Shown: in pieces, positions 22,813-34,500 of the stretch
Position numbering within the stretch: position 1 is the first letter of the stretch
How the letters are laid out: the number at the start of each line of letters is the position of its first letter
Origin: an uncultured Planctomycetota bacterium
GTDB lineage: Bacteria > Planctomycetota > Planctomycetia > Isosphaerales > Isosphaeraceae
Direction of reading: 5' to 3'
Length of the DNA stretch: 64,000 nt
Assembly: GCA_963845755.1 (NCBI GenBank)
Contig: CAWJTV010000011.1
Coordinates: forward strand, 256,001-320,000
The notes under the pieces: model-generated
The model's input: the letters and a program-made list of their open reading frames with translations, nothing else
Database searches by the model: none
Told to the model about the DNA's origin: nothing
Position numbers and translations under genes: made by a program

Positions 22813-23201
22813 GGCTCGGCTTGAGCCATCCAGAAAAGAGACCGGTCACGTATTATACTTGACGTGGCCCGAACCGATATGTTCTAACGGTACCGATCAA
22901 GCAAGCATTCGACGCGATTCCGGCAGATCGATGCAGTCGCACTCTATCCACCTCTCCCCGGATATGGACTCGGATGCGCATCTCGATACCGATCGGATCT
23001 CATGACGAGTTGCTCGTGGATGCGACATTCCCTAGCAGGCCCGAATCCGGTCCCGGCGCCTCGCAAGGGTTCGTCGGGACCGAGAACTGAGGACGCGAGC
23101 GCGTGAGCCGTTGCGCAGCCCCGGTTCCGAAAGACGCCCCACGGTCACTCGCTCCGTACCGATCATCCGATTCCCCGCAGCCCTCTACCGAGGTTTCCAT
23201 C

Positions 23202-24255
23202 ATGGATCGAGTCTCACTTCGCCGTGGCTTTACGCTGATCGAACTCCTGGTCGTCATCGCCATCATCGCCGTACTCATCGCCCTTCTCTTGCCAGCCGTG
23301 CAGGCGGCACGCGAGGCCGCCCGACGGATGCAGTGCACCAACAATCTCAAGCAACTCGGCCTGGCCGCCATGAACTACGAGTCGTCGAACGGCACCTTGC
23401 CGCCAGGGAGCTACGTCGCGACTCGCGATTACGACAGTCGGAATAAGCCGGGCCTGAGCGTCTTCGTCCGGATCCTGCCCTTCGTCGAAGGCCAATCGAC
23501 CTTCAACGCGGCCAACTTCGCCTTCTCGCTGGAATCGTCGGCCAACGCCACCGTCGCCTCTGTCGGCGTGAGCACTCTCTGGTGCCCGAGCGACCCCTCG
23601 GTATTCAGCCCCACCGCGCCGATCGACTCGAGCTACAACTTGCCGAGCAATAGCACCCTCCAGCAATACTACTGCAGCTACGGCGGCAACATGGGACTCT
23701 GGGACCTCGACGTCCTCGCCACCGACGACGTGAACTGGTACCCCGGCGCCTTCGCCGCCCGCAAGGCGAACATGAACGGCGTGATCTTCATGTCCTCGAA
23801 CGTCCGACTGGCCGAGATTACCGACGGCACGAGCAACACCATGGTCTTCGCCGAGCACAACCATGGTCGGCTGGCATCGAACGCCCCCCCGGTGTTCTAT
23901 CAGTGGTGGAACTCCGGCTATTACACCGACACCCTCATCTGCACCTATTTCTCGGTCAATAGCGACACCAAGGCCACCCTGTTCGACGAATCAGCCGAGC
24001 GAATACTTCGAGATTGTCGGCAGCTTTCACCCCGGCGGTGCCAACGTCGGCTTCTGCGACGGCTCGGTGAGATTCATCAAGGACTCGATCCAGTCCCTCC
24101 CCTTCGTGTACAACCCATCGACGCAGGACAACGGCTACTTCCTCTATAACGGTAATACGGGCACCTACACGATCGCCGCGGGCACCCCGATGGGTGTCTG
24201 GCAGAAGCTCTCCACCCGCAACTTTGGCGAGGTCATCAGCTCCGACTCCTATTGA
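23202..24255 (+). CDS. DUF1559 prepilin-type N-terminal cleavage / H-X9-DG domain protein; frameshift near 24000
   Basis: [69 protein letters not shown] and GEVISSDSY*. Confidence 0.93.
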
Positions 24256-24296
24256 GAGTCTGTTCCAGAAGGGGCCGGTCCGGGCGAGCGGGGGGC

Positions 24297-25682
24297 TGTC
24301 ACCCGACAGTAGGTTTTGCCGCGGAATCCCGACATAAAGGTTTTGCCGCATGGACACCCGGCGGTCCCTACTTCCGTCCCGACAATCGCAACCCGCGGAT
24401 CGACTCCGCGTCGATCTCGGGGGCCGGCCGGGCCCGCAGGTTGCTGGCCCCCGCCGTCGTTGATCAGCCACTCGCCGTGCCCCGGGTCGAACTGGACCCA
24501 GACGTCCCGGCCCGCATACAACACTCCTACATAGATATTCCTGTTATAGATCGACACCTTTCCCTGGCTGTCCACCCGGCGCTGGCACGGCCCACTCCGC
24601 CAGGTGGTCGCGCACCCGCCCCAGGCACCACGCCGCCGGCCTCGTCCGCCTCGCGGTAGGCGCGGCCGCTGTGCGCCAGACCCGGGAACAGCTCCCAACG
24701 GCTGTGTCCCCCGGCGACGGGATACCGCTCCCGCTGCAGCCCGGTCGTCGGCGTCCAGGCGGGCCTGCAGCTCCGCCGGGTTGCCGCAGGCGTGCGGCTC
24801 CGCCCACCGCTTGGCCGTCCCCGCGACCGCTCCACCACGCCGTTCTGTTGCGGCCGTCGCGGGTCGTTCCAGATCACGCCGACCCCCAGGCCGATCAGCC
24901 ACAACGCCAGCGGCGGGGGCAGGTCCGCTCCAGGACCCCCACGGCTTGCCGTTATCGACCCGCATGTGGCGCAGGCAGCCCCCACCGCTCGAAGGCGCGG
25001 CGCAAGTGCCGCTGCACCTCGGCCTCGGGGACGTGGGCCCAGTAGTAGTGGGGGGAAAACCGTGGTGCCCAGGAAGGCCCCCGTATATTCATCCACCAGC
25101 CGCAGCCAGCAGGCGCCCGGCCGTCGGCCGTGCGGAGTTGCTCCGCGGCGTCCCTCTGCCAGATGTCATGCGGGGCGATGGCACGATCGGCGGCCGACGG
25201 CGCCCGCCGTCCCCCCGCCGCAGGCGGGTGCCGCTGGCGGCGGAACCAGCGCTGCAACGTGCGCTCGCTGGGCACCGTCGCCGGGTCGGCCTCGGTGGCC
25301 AGGCGGACGCGGATGTAGCCCGCTCCCCAGGTCGGATGCTGCTGTCGCAGGGCCAGGGCCAGGGCTCGGAGCGGGTGGTCGTCGGCGGGCCGCCCCGGAC
25401 CGGGCCGATAAGCGGTCCCCTGGGGGCTCGCCGGGTCGCGAGCCCGCTGGAGCAGGTGCCGGACCGTGCGGGGGCAGAGATGCAGGGCGTCCGCGATGGC
25501 CGCCGCGGTCTGGCCGCGACGGGATCGTAGCAAGATGAGGGCGCGGGTTGTCGGCGGGAGTGGAGCGGGCATAGTGACCCTCGCAGGAGTTGGCAGGATC
25601 GGACCATCACAGACTACCCCCCGCCGCGAGGCGGCAAAACCTTTTTGTCGGGATTCGCGGCAAAACCTACTGTCGGGTGACA
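24297..25682 (-). mobile_element. IS481-like insertion sequence (1386 bp)
   Basis: TGT...ACA ends and ~52-bp imperfect TIRs (TGTCACCCGACAGTAGGTTTTGCCGCG...), each with two CCCGACA..AGGTTTTGCCGC sub-repeats. 5-bp target duplication GGGGC (24292-24296, 25683-25687). Confidence 0.88.
24368..25572 (-). CDS. DDE transposase (HTH + integrase core), several frameshifts
   Basis: N-terminal HTH, LRQQHPTWGAGYI, PSERTLQRW, HDIWQRD, VDEYTG, RVDNGKPW, PQQNGVVERS and C-terminal RRVDSQGKVSIY, spread across three frames. Confidence 0.85.
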
Positions 25683-25866
25683 GGGGCGTCAGCCCCCTGT
25701 CTTCGAGGTCCGTCGCTCACCGGACAGGGGGCTGACGCCCGCCGCTCGCCCTTCTGGGACAGACTCTGAGGGGGAGAGTCTCTCGACGGCCCTGGAGAAA
25801 AAGAAATCCGTCCGGCCTGTGGACAACGGCTCGTGCTTGCCGGATATCTGATCAGGGAGCCGAACG

Positions 25867-26511
25867 ATGACCGAGCAGGCCGACGACGAAAACCAGATCC
25901 TCATCCATCGCGCTCTGGCCGGCGACGAGTCGGCGCTGGCTGCGCTTTTCGATAGCTATCGCGACCGGCTGCGGCGGATGATCCGCCTGCGGCTGGACCG
26001 CCGGCTCTCCGGCCGGGTCGATTCGTCGGATGTGCTCCAGGAGGCGTATCTCGACGTCCGCAAGCGGATTGCCGAGTACGCCCGCGACCCCGCGGCCATG
26101 CCGTTCCACCTCTGGCTCCGGCTGGTGACCGGCCAGAGGATGACCGACGTGCATCGCCATCACCTCGGCTCTCAGATGCGCGATGCCGGCATGGAGGTCT
26201 CGCTGCATCGCGGGCCGTTCCCCCAGGCCGACTCGATCTCGCTGGCCGCCCAGCTCCTCGGCAAGATGACCAGCGCCAGCAAGGCCGCGATCCGCGCCGA
26301 GCACAAGCTGATCGTCCAGGAGGCACTCAACGGCATGGATCCGATCGACCGGGAAGTCCTGGCCTTGCGACATTTCGAGCACCTCTCCAACGATGAGACG
26401 GCACAGGTACTCGGTCTGAGCAAGTCGGCGGCGAGCAACCGTTACATCCGGGCCCTGAAGCGGCTCAAAGAGATCCTGTCGTCCATCCCGGGACTGAGAG
26501 AGCAATTGTAG
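25867..26511 (+). CDS. ECF sigma-70 factor (planctomycete kinase-associated type)
   Basis: YRDRLRRMIRLRLDRRLSGRVDSSDVLQE, WLRLVT, DREVLALRHFEHLSNDETAQVLG and RYIRALKRL. Confidence 0.93.
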   Translation: MTEQADDENQILIHRALAGDESALAALFDSYRDRLRRMIRLRLDRRLSGRVDSSDVLQEAYLDVRKRIAEYARDPAAMPFHLWLRLVTGQRMTDVHRHHLGSQMRDAGMEVSLHRGPFPQADSISLAAQLLGKMTSASKAAIRAEHKLIVQEALNGMDPIDREVLALRHFEHLSNDETAQVLGLSKSAASNRYIRALKRLKEILSSIPGLREQL

Positions 26512-26629
26512 GACGTTCTTCGAGCATCGAGCACGTGCAAGGTGCCTGCCGGCGCCGATCCCTGCAATGAGCACCGATCGAAGACTCGTCGCTCACGGGC
26601 ACCCCACGGGCCACTGGAGAAGCACGCCG

Positions 26630-29600
26630 ATGAATACGTCGAGCGACCAGCGGAACCCCGTCGAGCTCCTGGCCGAGGAGTTCCTCGACCGCAAGCGCCG
26701 CGGCGAGCAGCCGACGCTCCGCGAGTACCTCGAGCGCTACCCCGAGCTGGCCGAGGAGATCCGCGACCTGTTCCCGGCCCTGCTGATGATGGAGGACCTG
26801 GGCGAGAGCTCCGGCGGCACCACCGGCTCGCTGGCCGCCGACGGCGCCGCGGTGGGTATCCGGCTCCAGCGGCTGGGCGATTATCGCATCCTCCGCGAGA
26901 TCGGCCGGGGCGGCATGGGCGTCGTCTACGAGGCCGAGCAGGAGTCGCTGGGCCGACGCGTGGCCTTGAAGGTCCTCTCGGCCGGCTCGCTGCTGGACCC
27001 GAAGCAGGTGCGGCGGTTCGAGCGCGAGGCCAGGGCCGCGGCACGGCTGCACCACACCAACATCGTGCCGGTCTTCGGCGTCGGGCCGGCAGGACGGCCA
27101 CCATTACTTCGTCATGCAGTTCATCGCGGGCGTGGGGCTCGACGTGGTCCTGGATGACCTGCGACGGCTGCGCCAGGCGAAGTCGGAGGCGGGGCCGGCC
27201 GCGGTGCTCGCGGCGGCGTCGAGCCGCATCGCCGGCCTGTCGGCGGCGGACGTGGCCCGATCGCTGCTCACCGGCCGGTTCGAGGCCGATGGGCCGCTCG
27301 GGGATGGGTCCATGACCGAGCCCTTCGACGACGCGGCTCCCGCGCCACCCGCCGGCGACAACGGCCCGCCGGCCGACTCCTCCCCGGCGATCCTGCCCGG
27401 CTCCTCCGAGCTGTCGGCCTCATCGGATCCCGACCGCCAGTTCTACCGCTCGATCGCCCGCATCGGCATCCAGGTGGCCGAGGCGCTGGAGTACGCCAAC
27501 CGCCAGGGCATCCTCCACCGCGACGTCAAGCCGTCGAACCTGCTGCTGGACAACCACGGCAACGTCTGGGTGGCCGACTTCGGTCTGGCCAAGACGGCCG
27601 AGGCCGATGACCTGACCCACACCGGCGACATCCTCGGCACGATCCGCTACATGGCCCCGGAGCGGTTCTCGGGGCATTGCGATGCGCGGTCGGACGTCTA
27701 CAGCCTGGGCCTGACGCTCTACGAGCTGGTGGCGTTGCGTCCGGCGTATGAGGCGTCGGATCGACATCGGCTGATGGAGCGGGTGCTGCACGAGGAGCCG
27801 GAGCGGTTGAAGAAGCTGGCTCCGGGCGTGCCGCGGGACCTGGAGACGATCATCGCCAAGGCGACGGCGCGAGACCCGGCGATGCGGTACGCGACGGCGG
27901 CGGCCATGGCCGAGGACCTGCGGCGGTACGTGGAGGACCGGCCGATCCGGGCGCGGCGGGTGTCGCTCTGCGGAGCGATTGGCGCGGTGGTGCCGGCGGA
28001 ACCCAGTGGCTGGCCGGCTCGATGGGCGTGGCGGCGGCTGTCACTGGTGATCGCGCTGGTGTTGGCCCTGGTCTATGCCGACGGCAAGCCGAGGCGAACC
28101 AGCGGATCACCCGGTTGGCCGAGCGACCTGGAGAAAGAGAGCAGCGCCCTGAAGGATGAGCGCCCGCATCGAGGAACGAGCGCGGCCGCCTCAAGACCGC
28201 CCTGTCCGAGTCGAACCGCCGGCTGGCCATGCTGGACCTGGAGCGAGGCCGGGTCGCCTTCGAGAAGGGGCAGGTCGGCCTCGGGATGCTCTGGACCGTC
28301 GAGTCGCTGCGGATGGCGACCGAGGCGGGCGACGAGGCCGGCAAGCACCTCGCCCTGGCCAACCTCTCGGCCTGGCGGCGCCAACTCGTCGAGCTCAAGA
28401 TGATCTTCTCCCCCATCGGCGATGTCATGTCGGTCGCCTTCAGCCCCGACGGCAAGACCATCCTCACCGGGAGCATGGACAAGACGGCGCGGCTGTGGGA
28501 CGCCGCCACCGGCCGGCCCATCGGCCAACCCCTGGTGCATTCGGCCTGGGTGATGTCGGTGGCGTTCAGCCCCGACGGCAAGGCCATCCTCACCGGGTGC
28601 TATGACAACGACGGCGCGGCTGTGGGACGCCGCAACCGGCCGGCCCATCGGCCCGCCCCTGGCGCATTCGGATATGGTGCGCGCCGTGGCGTTCAGCCCC
28701 GACGGCCAGACCATCCTCACCGGGTGCTATGACGGGACGGCGCGGTTGTGGGATGCCGCCACCGGCCGACCCATCGGCCAACCCCTGGCGCATTCGGGCC
28801 GGGTGACGTCCGTGGCGTTCAGCCCCGATGGCAAGACCATCCTCACCGGGGGCCAGGACAAGACGGCGCGGCTCTGGGACGCCGCGACCGGCCGGCCCAT
28901 CGGCCAACCCCTGGCGCATTCGGGCGCGGTGTGGTCCGTGGCGTTCAGCCCCGACGGCAAGACCATCCTCACGGCCGTTTTGACAAGACGGCGCGGCGGT
29001 GGGACGCCGCCACCGGCCGGCCCATCGGCCAACCCCTGGCGCATTCGGACATGGTGCACGCCGTGGCATTCAGCCCCGACGGCAAGACCATCCTCACCGG
29101 GTGCTAGGACAACACGGCCCAACTTGGGACGCCGTCACCGGCCAACAGATCGGCAGGTCCCTGGAGCATCAAGACCAGGTCTGGTCCGTGGCATTCAGCC
29201 CCGACGGCCGGTCGATCCTCACCGGCAGTCAGGACGGGATGGCGCGCCTCTGGGACGGCGCGGTCGGTCAGCCCGTCGGCCGGCCGCTGGATTATGGGAG
29301 GCGGTGGAGACGATGGCATTCGGCCCGGACGGCAAGACCCTCGTCGCCGCGGGTGCTGACGGCAAAGTGCGACTTCAGGACGTCGCGTCGGGCCATCTTC
29401 GCGGCCAGCCCGTGGAGCAGGGATCCGAATCCGTGCCGTGGCCTTGAGCCCGGATGGCCGGACGATCCTCACCGGGAGCGCTGACAAGACGGCGCGGCTC
29501 TGGGACGCCGACACCGGCCGGCCTCTCGGCCAACCCATTGGCATTCGGAGCAGGTGTGGACGGTGGCGTTCAGCCCCGACGGCCGGGCGATCCTCACCGG

Positions 29601-31080
29601 GAGCGCTGGGACAAGACGGCGCGGCTCTGGGACGCCGCCACCGGCCGGCCCATCGGCCAGCCCATGGTCCATCCGGGCGACGTGTTGTCCGTGGCGTTCA
29701 GCCCCGATGGCCAGACCATCGTCACCGGGAGCGATGACAAGACGGCGCGGCTCTGGGACGCCGCACACCGGGCGACCTCTCGGCCAGCCCATGGTGCATC
29801 CGGGCTTGGTGGTCAGTCGTGGCGTTCAGCCCGGATGGCCGGACCATCCTCACCGGGGGCTTGGACAAGACGGTGCGGCTCTGGGACGCCGCGACCGGCC
29901 GGCCCATCGGCCAACCCCTGCCGCATCCGGGCTATGTGAGGTCCGTGGCGTTCAGCCCCGATGGCCGGACCGTCCTCACCGGCTGTTAGGACAAGACGGC
30001 GCGGTTGTGGGACGCCGCCACCGGCCAGCCGATCGGCCCGCCTCTGCCGCATGCGAAGGCACTGGTGACGGTGGCGTTCAGCCCGGATGGTCGGTCCCTG
30101 CTCACGAGTGATCGCGAGACGGCGCGGTGGTGGGACGCGCCGGCGCCGCTGCCCGAGGACCTGCCGCGGCTGGCCGCCTGGGTCGAGGCCGTCACCGGGC
30201 TGGAGCTGGATGAGCGCGGCTCGATCCGCCTGCTCGACCGCGCCGCCTGGCTGGAGCGTCGGCGTCGTCTGGAGCAGCTCGGCGGCCCGCCCCGGCCGAT
30301 CCGTCGCCGCGGCTGGACCCGATCCTCTTCGGCCCCGAGCCGCGGCGCGGGGCGACGCCTGGAAGGAGCGGGGCGAATGGGATCGGGCCGAGGCCGCCTA
30401 CGCCGAGGTGATCCGCGCCCGACCGCTCAACCGATCGGTCCGGGACGCCCTGGCCCGCTTGCACGCCGAGCGCGGCCATCTCGACCGGGCCGCGGCGACG
30501 CTCGCCGACGCCGTCCAGCAGATGCCCGATGACGCGGGGCTCCGCCGTCGATGGGGGCTGGCCCTGCTCGGGTCGGGCGATCGCGCCGGCTGGCGGAATG
30601 CGACCGCCGCGCTGCTGGACCGCTTCGGCGGCACGATCAACCCACGGACGGCCAACCAGGTCGCCTGGGCCTGCGTCTCGGGGCCCGAGGCGGCCACCGA
30701 TCCCGCGGTGCCGGTCCGGCTGGCCGAGGCCGCCGTCCAGGGCGCCGACGAAACCCTCAAGGCCGACGCCTTGAGCACGCTCGGCGGCCGCGCTGTACCG
30801 CGCCGGCCGGTGCGACGAGGCGATCCGACGGCTGGAAGAAGGCAACCGGCTCCGAGGCGAGGAGGGTCTGCCTTCGGCCTGGCCGTTCCTGGCGATGGCC
30901 CATCACGGCCTGGGACATCACGATGAGGCGCGACGCTGGCTCGACCGACTGCGGGAGCGTCAGCCGAGCACGGACCCGGCCCAGTTCTGGGACGAGCTGG
31001 AGATTCGCCTGCTGCGCAGCGAGGCCGAGGCGCTGATTCTCTATGACCCGGTCTTCCCGGCCGACCCGTTCGCGCCGTGA
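26630..31080 (+). CDS. Ser/Thr kinase 1 - TM - 14 WD40 blades - TPR; many frameshifts and two in-frame TAG codons
   Basis: [24 protein letters not shown] and YMAPE. 126-bp blades [34 protein letters not shown]. Ends [11 protein letters not shown]. Confidence 0.88.
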
Positions 31081-31204
31081 TGGCCGGCCTCGGGAGCTCA
31101 GCCCGATGGTTGTCGGGTGGGTGAAACCCACCGATGACGTCGTCTGGTTACCAGTGGATTTCATCCAACTTACCACATCAACGCGATCCCGAAAGGAGCC
31201 TCCG

Positions 31205-31573
31205 ATGCCGAACTCCGACTTCCAGCACATCCGCATGAGCATGGTCAACGACGTGGCGGTGGTCGAGATCCGCACCAAGGACGTGCAGGGCACGAAGCTG
31301 GCCCAGGAGCTCGGCGCCGAGCTGGCCCTGGTCACGACCCAGGATTGGGCCAAGCGACTCCTGGTCAACTTTCACCGGGTCGGCTACTTCGGCAGCACGG
31401 GCTTCGCCGTGCTGTTCAAGCTGGTCAGCCAGGCCAAGGCCGACGGTCGGGAGGTCAAGTTCTGCGACATGAAGCCGGAGGTGCGCCTCGGGGCCGAGAT
31501 CGTCGGCCTCGAGAAGGTCGCTGCGATCCACGAGAACGAGCGGTCGGCCCTGACCGCTTTCGCGCACGCCTGA
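31205..31573 (+). CDS. STAS domain anti-sigma-factor antagonist-like protein
   Basis: AAGGAG RBS; LLVNFHRVGYFGSTGFAVL...GREVKFC...VGLEK pattern. Confidence 0.85.
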   Translation: MPNSDFQHIRMSMVNDVAVVEIRTKDVQGTKLAQELGAELALVTTQDWAKRLLVNFHRVGYFGSTGFAVLFKLVSQAKADGREVKFCDMKPEVRLGAEIVGLEKVAAIHENERSALTAFAHA

Positions 31574-31594
31574 GCCGTCCCCAGGAGGCCCCCG

Positions 31595-34500
31595 ATGACG
31601 ACGTCCAGCGATGCGCGCAACCCGTCGAGCTGCTGGCCGAGGAGTTCCTCGAACGCAAGCGCCGTGGCGAGCAGCCGACGCTCCGCGAATACCTCAGCGC
31701 CACCCCGAGCTGGCCGAGGAGATCCGCGACCTGTTCCCGGCGCTGTTGATGATGGAGGACCTGGGCGAGAGCTCCGGCGGCACCACCGGCTCGCTGGCCG
31801 CCGACGGCGTCGCGGTGGGGGTGAGGCTCCAGCGGCTGGGCGATTACCGCATCCTCCGCGAGATCGGCCGGGGCGGCATGGGCGTGGTCTACGAGGCCGA
31901 GCAGGAGTCGCTGGGCCGGCGCGTCGCCCTGAAGGTCCTCTCGGCCGGCTCGCTCCTGGACCCCAAGCAGGTGCGGCGGTTCGAGCGGGAGGCGAAGGCC
32001 GCGGCCAGGCTGCACCACACCAACATCGTGCCCGTCTTCGGCGTGGGCCGGCAGGACGGCCACCATTATTTCGTGATGCAGTTCATCGCGGGCGTGGGAC
32101 TCGACGTGGTCCTGGATGACCTGCGGCGGCTGCGCCAGGCGAAGTCGGAGGCAGGGCCGGCCGCGGGGCTCGTCGCGGCATCGAGCCGCATCGCCGGCCT
32201 GTCGGCGGCGGACGTGGCCCGCTCGCTGCTCACCGGCCGGTTCGAGGCCGATGCCGACCTCGTGGATGGGTCCATGACCGAGCCCTTCGACGACGCGGCT
32301 CCCGGCCCAACCACCGCAGTCAACGGCCCCCCGACCGACTCCTCCCCGGCGATCCTGCCCGGCTCCTCCGAGCTGTCGGCCTCGTCGGATCCCGACCGGC
32401 AGTTCTACCGCTCGATCGCCCGGATCGGCGTCCAGGTGGCCGAGGCGCTGGAGTACGCCAACCGCCAGGGCATCCTCCACCGCGACGTCAAGCCGTCGAA
32501 CCTGCTGCTGGACAACCACGGCAACGTGTGGGTGGCCGACTTCGGTCTGGCCAAGACGGCCGAGGCCGACGACCTGACCCATACCGGCGACATCCTGGGC
32601 ACCATTCGCTACATGGCACCGGAGCGGTTCTCGGGCCATTGCGATGCGCGGAGGGACGTCTACAGCCTGGGCCTGACGCTGTACGAGCTGGTGGCGTTGC
32701 GGCCGGCGTATGAGGCGACCGACCGGCATCGGCTGATGGATCGGGTTCTGCACGAGGAGCCGGAGCGGCTGGAAGAAGCTGGCTCCGAGCGTGCCGCGGG
32801 ACCTGGAGACGATCGTCGCCAAGGCGACGGCGCGCGACCCGGCGGCGCGGTACGCGACGGCAGCCGCGCTGGCGGAGGACCTGCGGCGGTTCGTCGAGGA
32901 CCGGCCGATCCGGGCGCGGCGGACCTCGCCGGCGGAGCGGCTGGCGCGGTGGTGCCGGCGGAACAAGGGGCTGGCGGCGGCGATCGGCCTGGCGGCGGTG
33001 GCGCTGGTGGCCGCGGTCGTCTTGTCGCTGCCTACGCCGAGCAGCAGCCCGGGACTCGCGGCTGCCCGGAAGCTCGACGCCGCCGAACAAGCCCACGCGC
33101 CGACGACAGGCTGCGGCGGCGGCGAGCACAAGGCCGCCCTGTCCGAGTCGAACCGCCGGCTGGCGATGCTCGACCTGGAGCGAGGCCGGGTCGCCTTCGA
33201 GAAGGGGCAGGTCGGCGTCGGGATGCTCTGGACTTTCGAGTCGCTGCGGATGGCGACCATGGCGGGCGACGAGGCCGGCCGGCATGTGGCCCTGGCCAAC
33301 CTGTCGGCCTGGCGCCGCCACCTCGTCGAGCCGAAGGCTGTTTTCCCCCTGGCGATGTGGTGGGCTCGGTCGCCTTCAGCCCCGACGGCAAGATCTTCGT
33401 GACGGGATGCCGATGGCAACACGGCGCGGCTCTGGGACGTCGCCATCGGCCGGCCCATCGGCAAGCCCTTGCTGCAGCCGGTGCAGTCCGTCGATAGCGT
33501 TCAGTCCCGACGGCCGGATCCTCCTCACGGGATGCGCCGAGGGCCACCTGGCGCAGCTCTGGGACGTCGCCACGGGCAAGCCCATCGGCCCGCCCCTGGT
33601 GCATTCGGGCCCGGTGACCTCGGTGGCGTTCAGCCCGGATGGCAAGACCATCCTCATCGGGGGGACAGCCAGTGACAACCTGTCCGTGGAAGCCACCCTC
33701 CCCGGGGGATCCGAGGACGGCGCGGCTCTGGGACGTCGCCACGGGCAAGCCAATCGACCCGCCCTTGCTGCATCCGGGCCCGGTGATGTCGGTGGCGTTC
33801 AGCCCCAACGGCAAGACGATCCTCACGGGAAGTACTGACACTACGGCGCGGCAGTGGACGCCCATACCGGTCGGCCTATCGGCCAACCTCTGGCGCATTC
33901 GGGCACCGTGACGGCCGTGACTTTCAGTCCGGATGGTCGGACCATCCTCACCGGGAGCTCCGACAAGACGGCACGGCTCTGGGACGCCGCCACCAGCCGG
34001 CCCATCGGCCAGCCTCTGGCCCATTCGGCCAGGTTGTGCTCCGTGGCCTTGAGCCCAGACGGCAAGACCATCCTCACCGGGGGCTTTGATGGCTCGGCCC
34101 AATTGTGGGACGCCGCCACAGGTCGCCGATGGGCAGGCCACTGGACCATCCAGGCATCGTCTGGGCTGTGGCGTTCAGCCCCGACGGCAAGACGATCCTC
34201 ACCGGCAGCACGGACTGGGCAGCGCGACTCTGGGATGGCGGGATCGGTCAGCTCGTCGGCCAGCCGCTGGACTATGGAGCTCGGTGGTGGACGTGGCATT
34301 TAGCCCCGACGGCAAGACCCTCGTCGTCGCGAGCGGTGACGGTAAAGTACGACTCCGTGACGTCGCGTCAGGCCAGCTTCGCGGCCAGACCGTGGAGCAG
34401 GGGTCCCCGATCATTCACGTGGCATTGAGCCCGGATGGCCGCACAATCCTCACATCGGGTTTCGACAAGACGGCGCGGCTCTGGGACGCCGATACCGGCC

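Larger units (their letters stand above)
24256..25766. mobile_element. Second copy of the 120-bp MITE, interrupted by an IS
   Basis: GAGTCTGTTCCAGAAG ... CTTCTGGGACAGACTC ends, flanked by TGA (24253-24255 is the DUF1559 stop; 25767-25769). 1511 bp - 1386 bp IS - 5 bp duplication = 120 bp. Confidence 0.8.

Noticed and set aside
29105..29989. Pyrrolysine or genome-wide TAG recoding
   Set aside because: No pyl genes or suppressor tRNA in the window, and TAG is used as a normal stop by the ECF (26511), NTase (17069) and iorA (46572) genes.
31110..31175. GTCGGGTGGGTGAAACCCACC hairpin as a regulatory RNA
   Set aside because: It looks like a single degenerate REP-type palindrome; there is too little evidence to call a feature.
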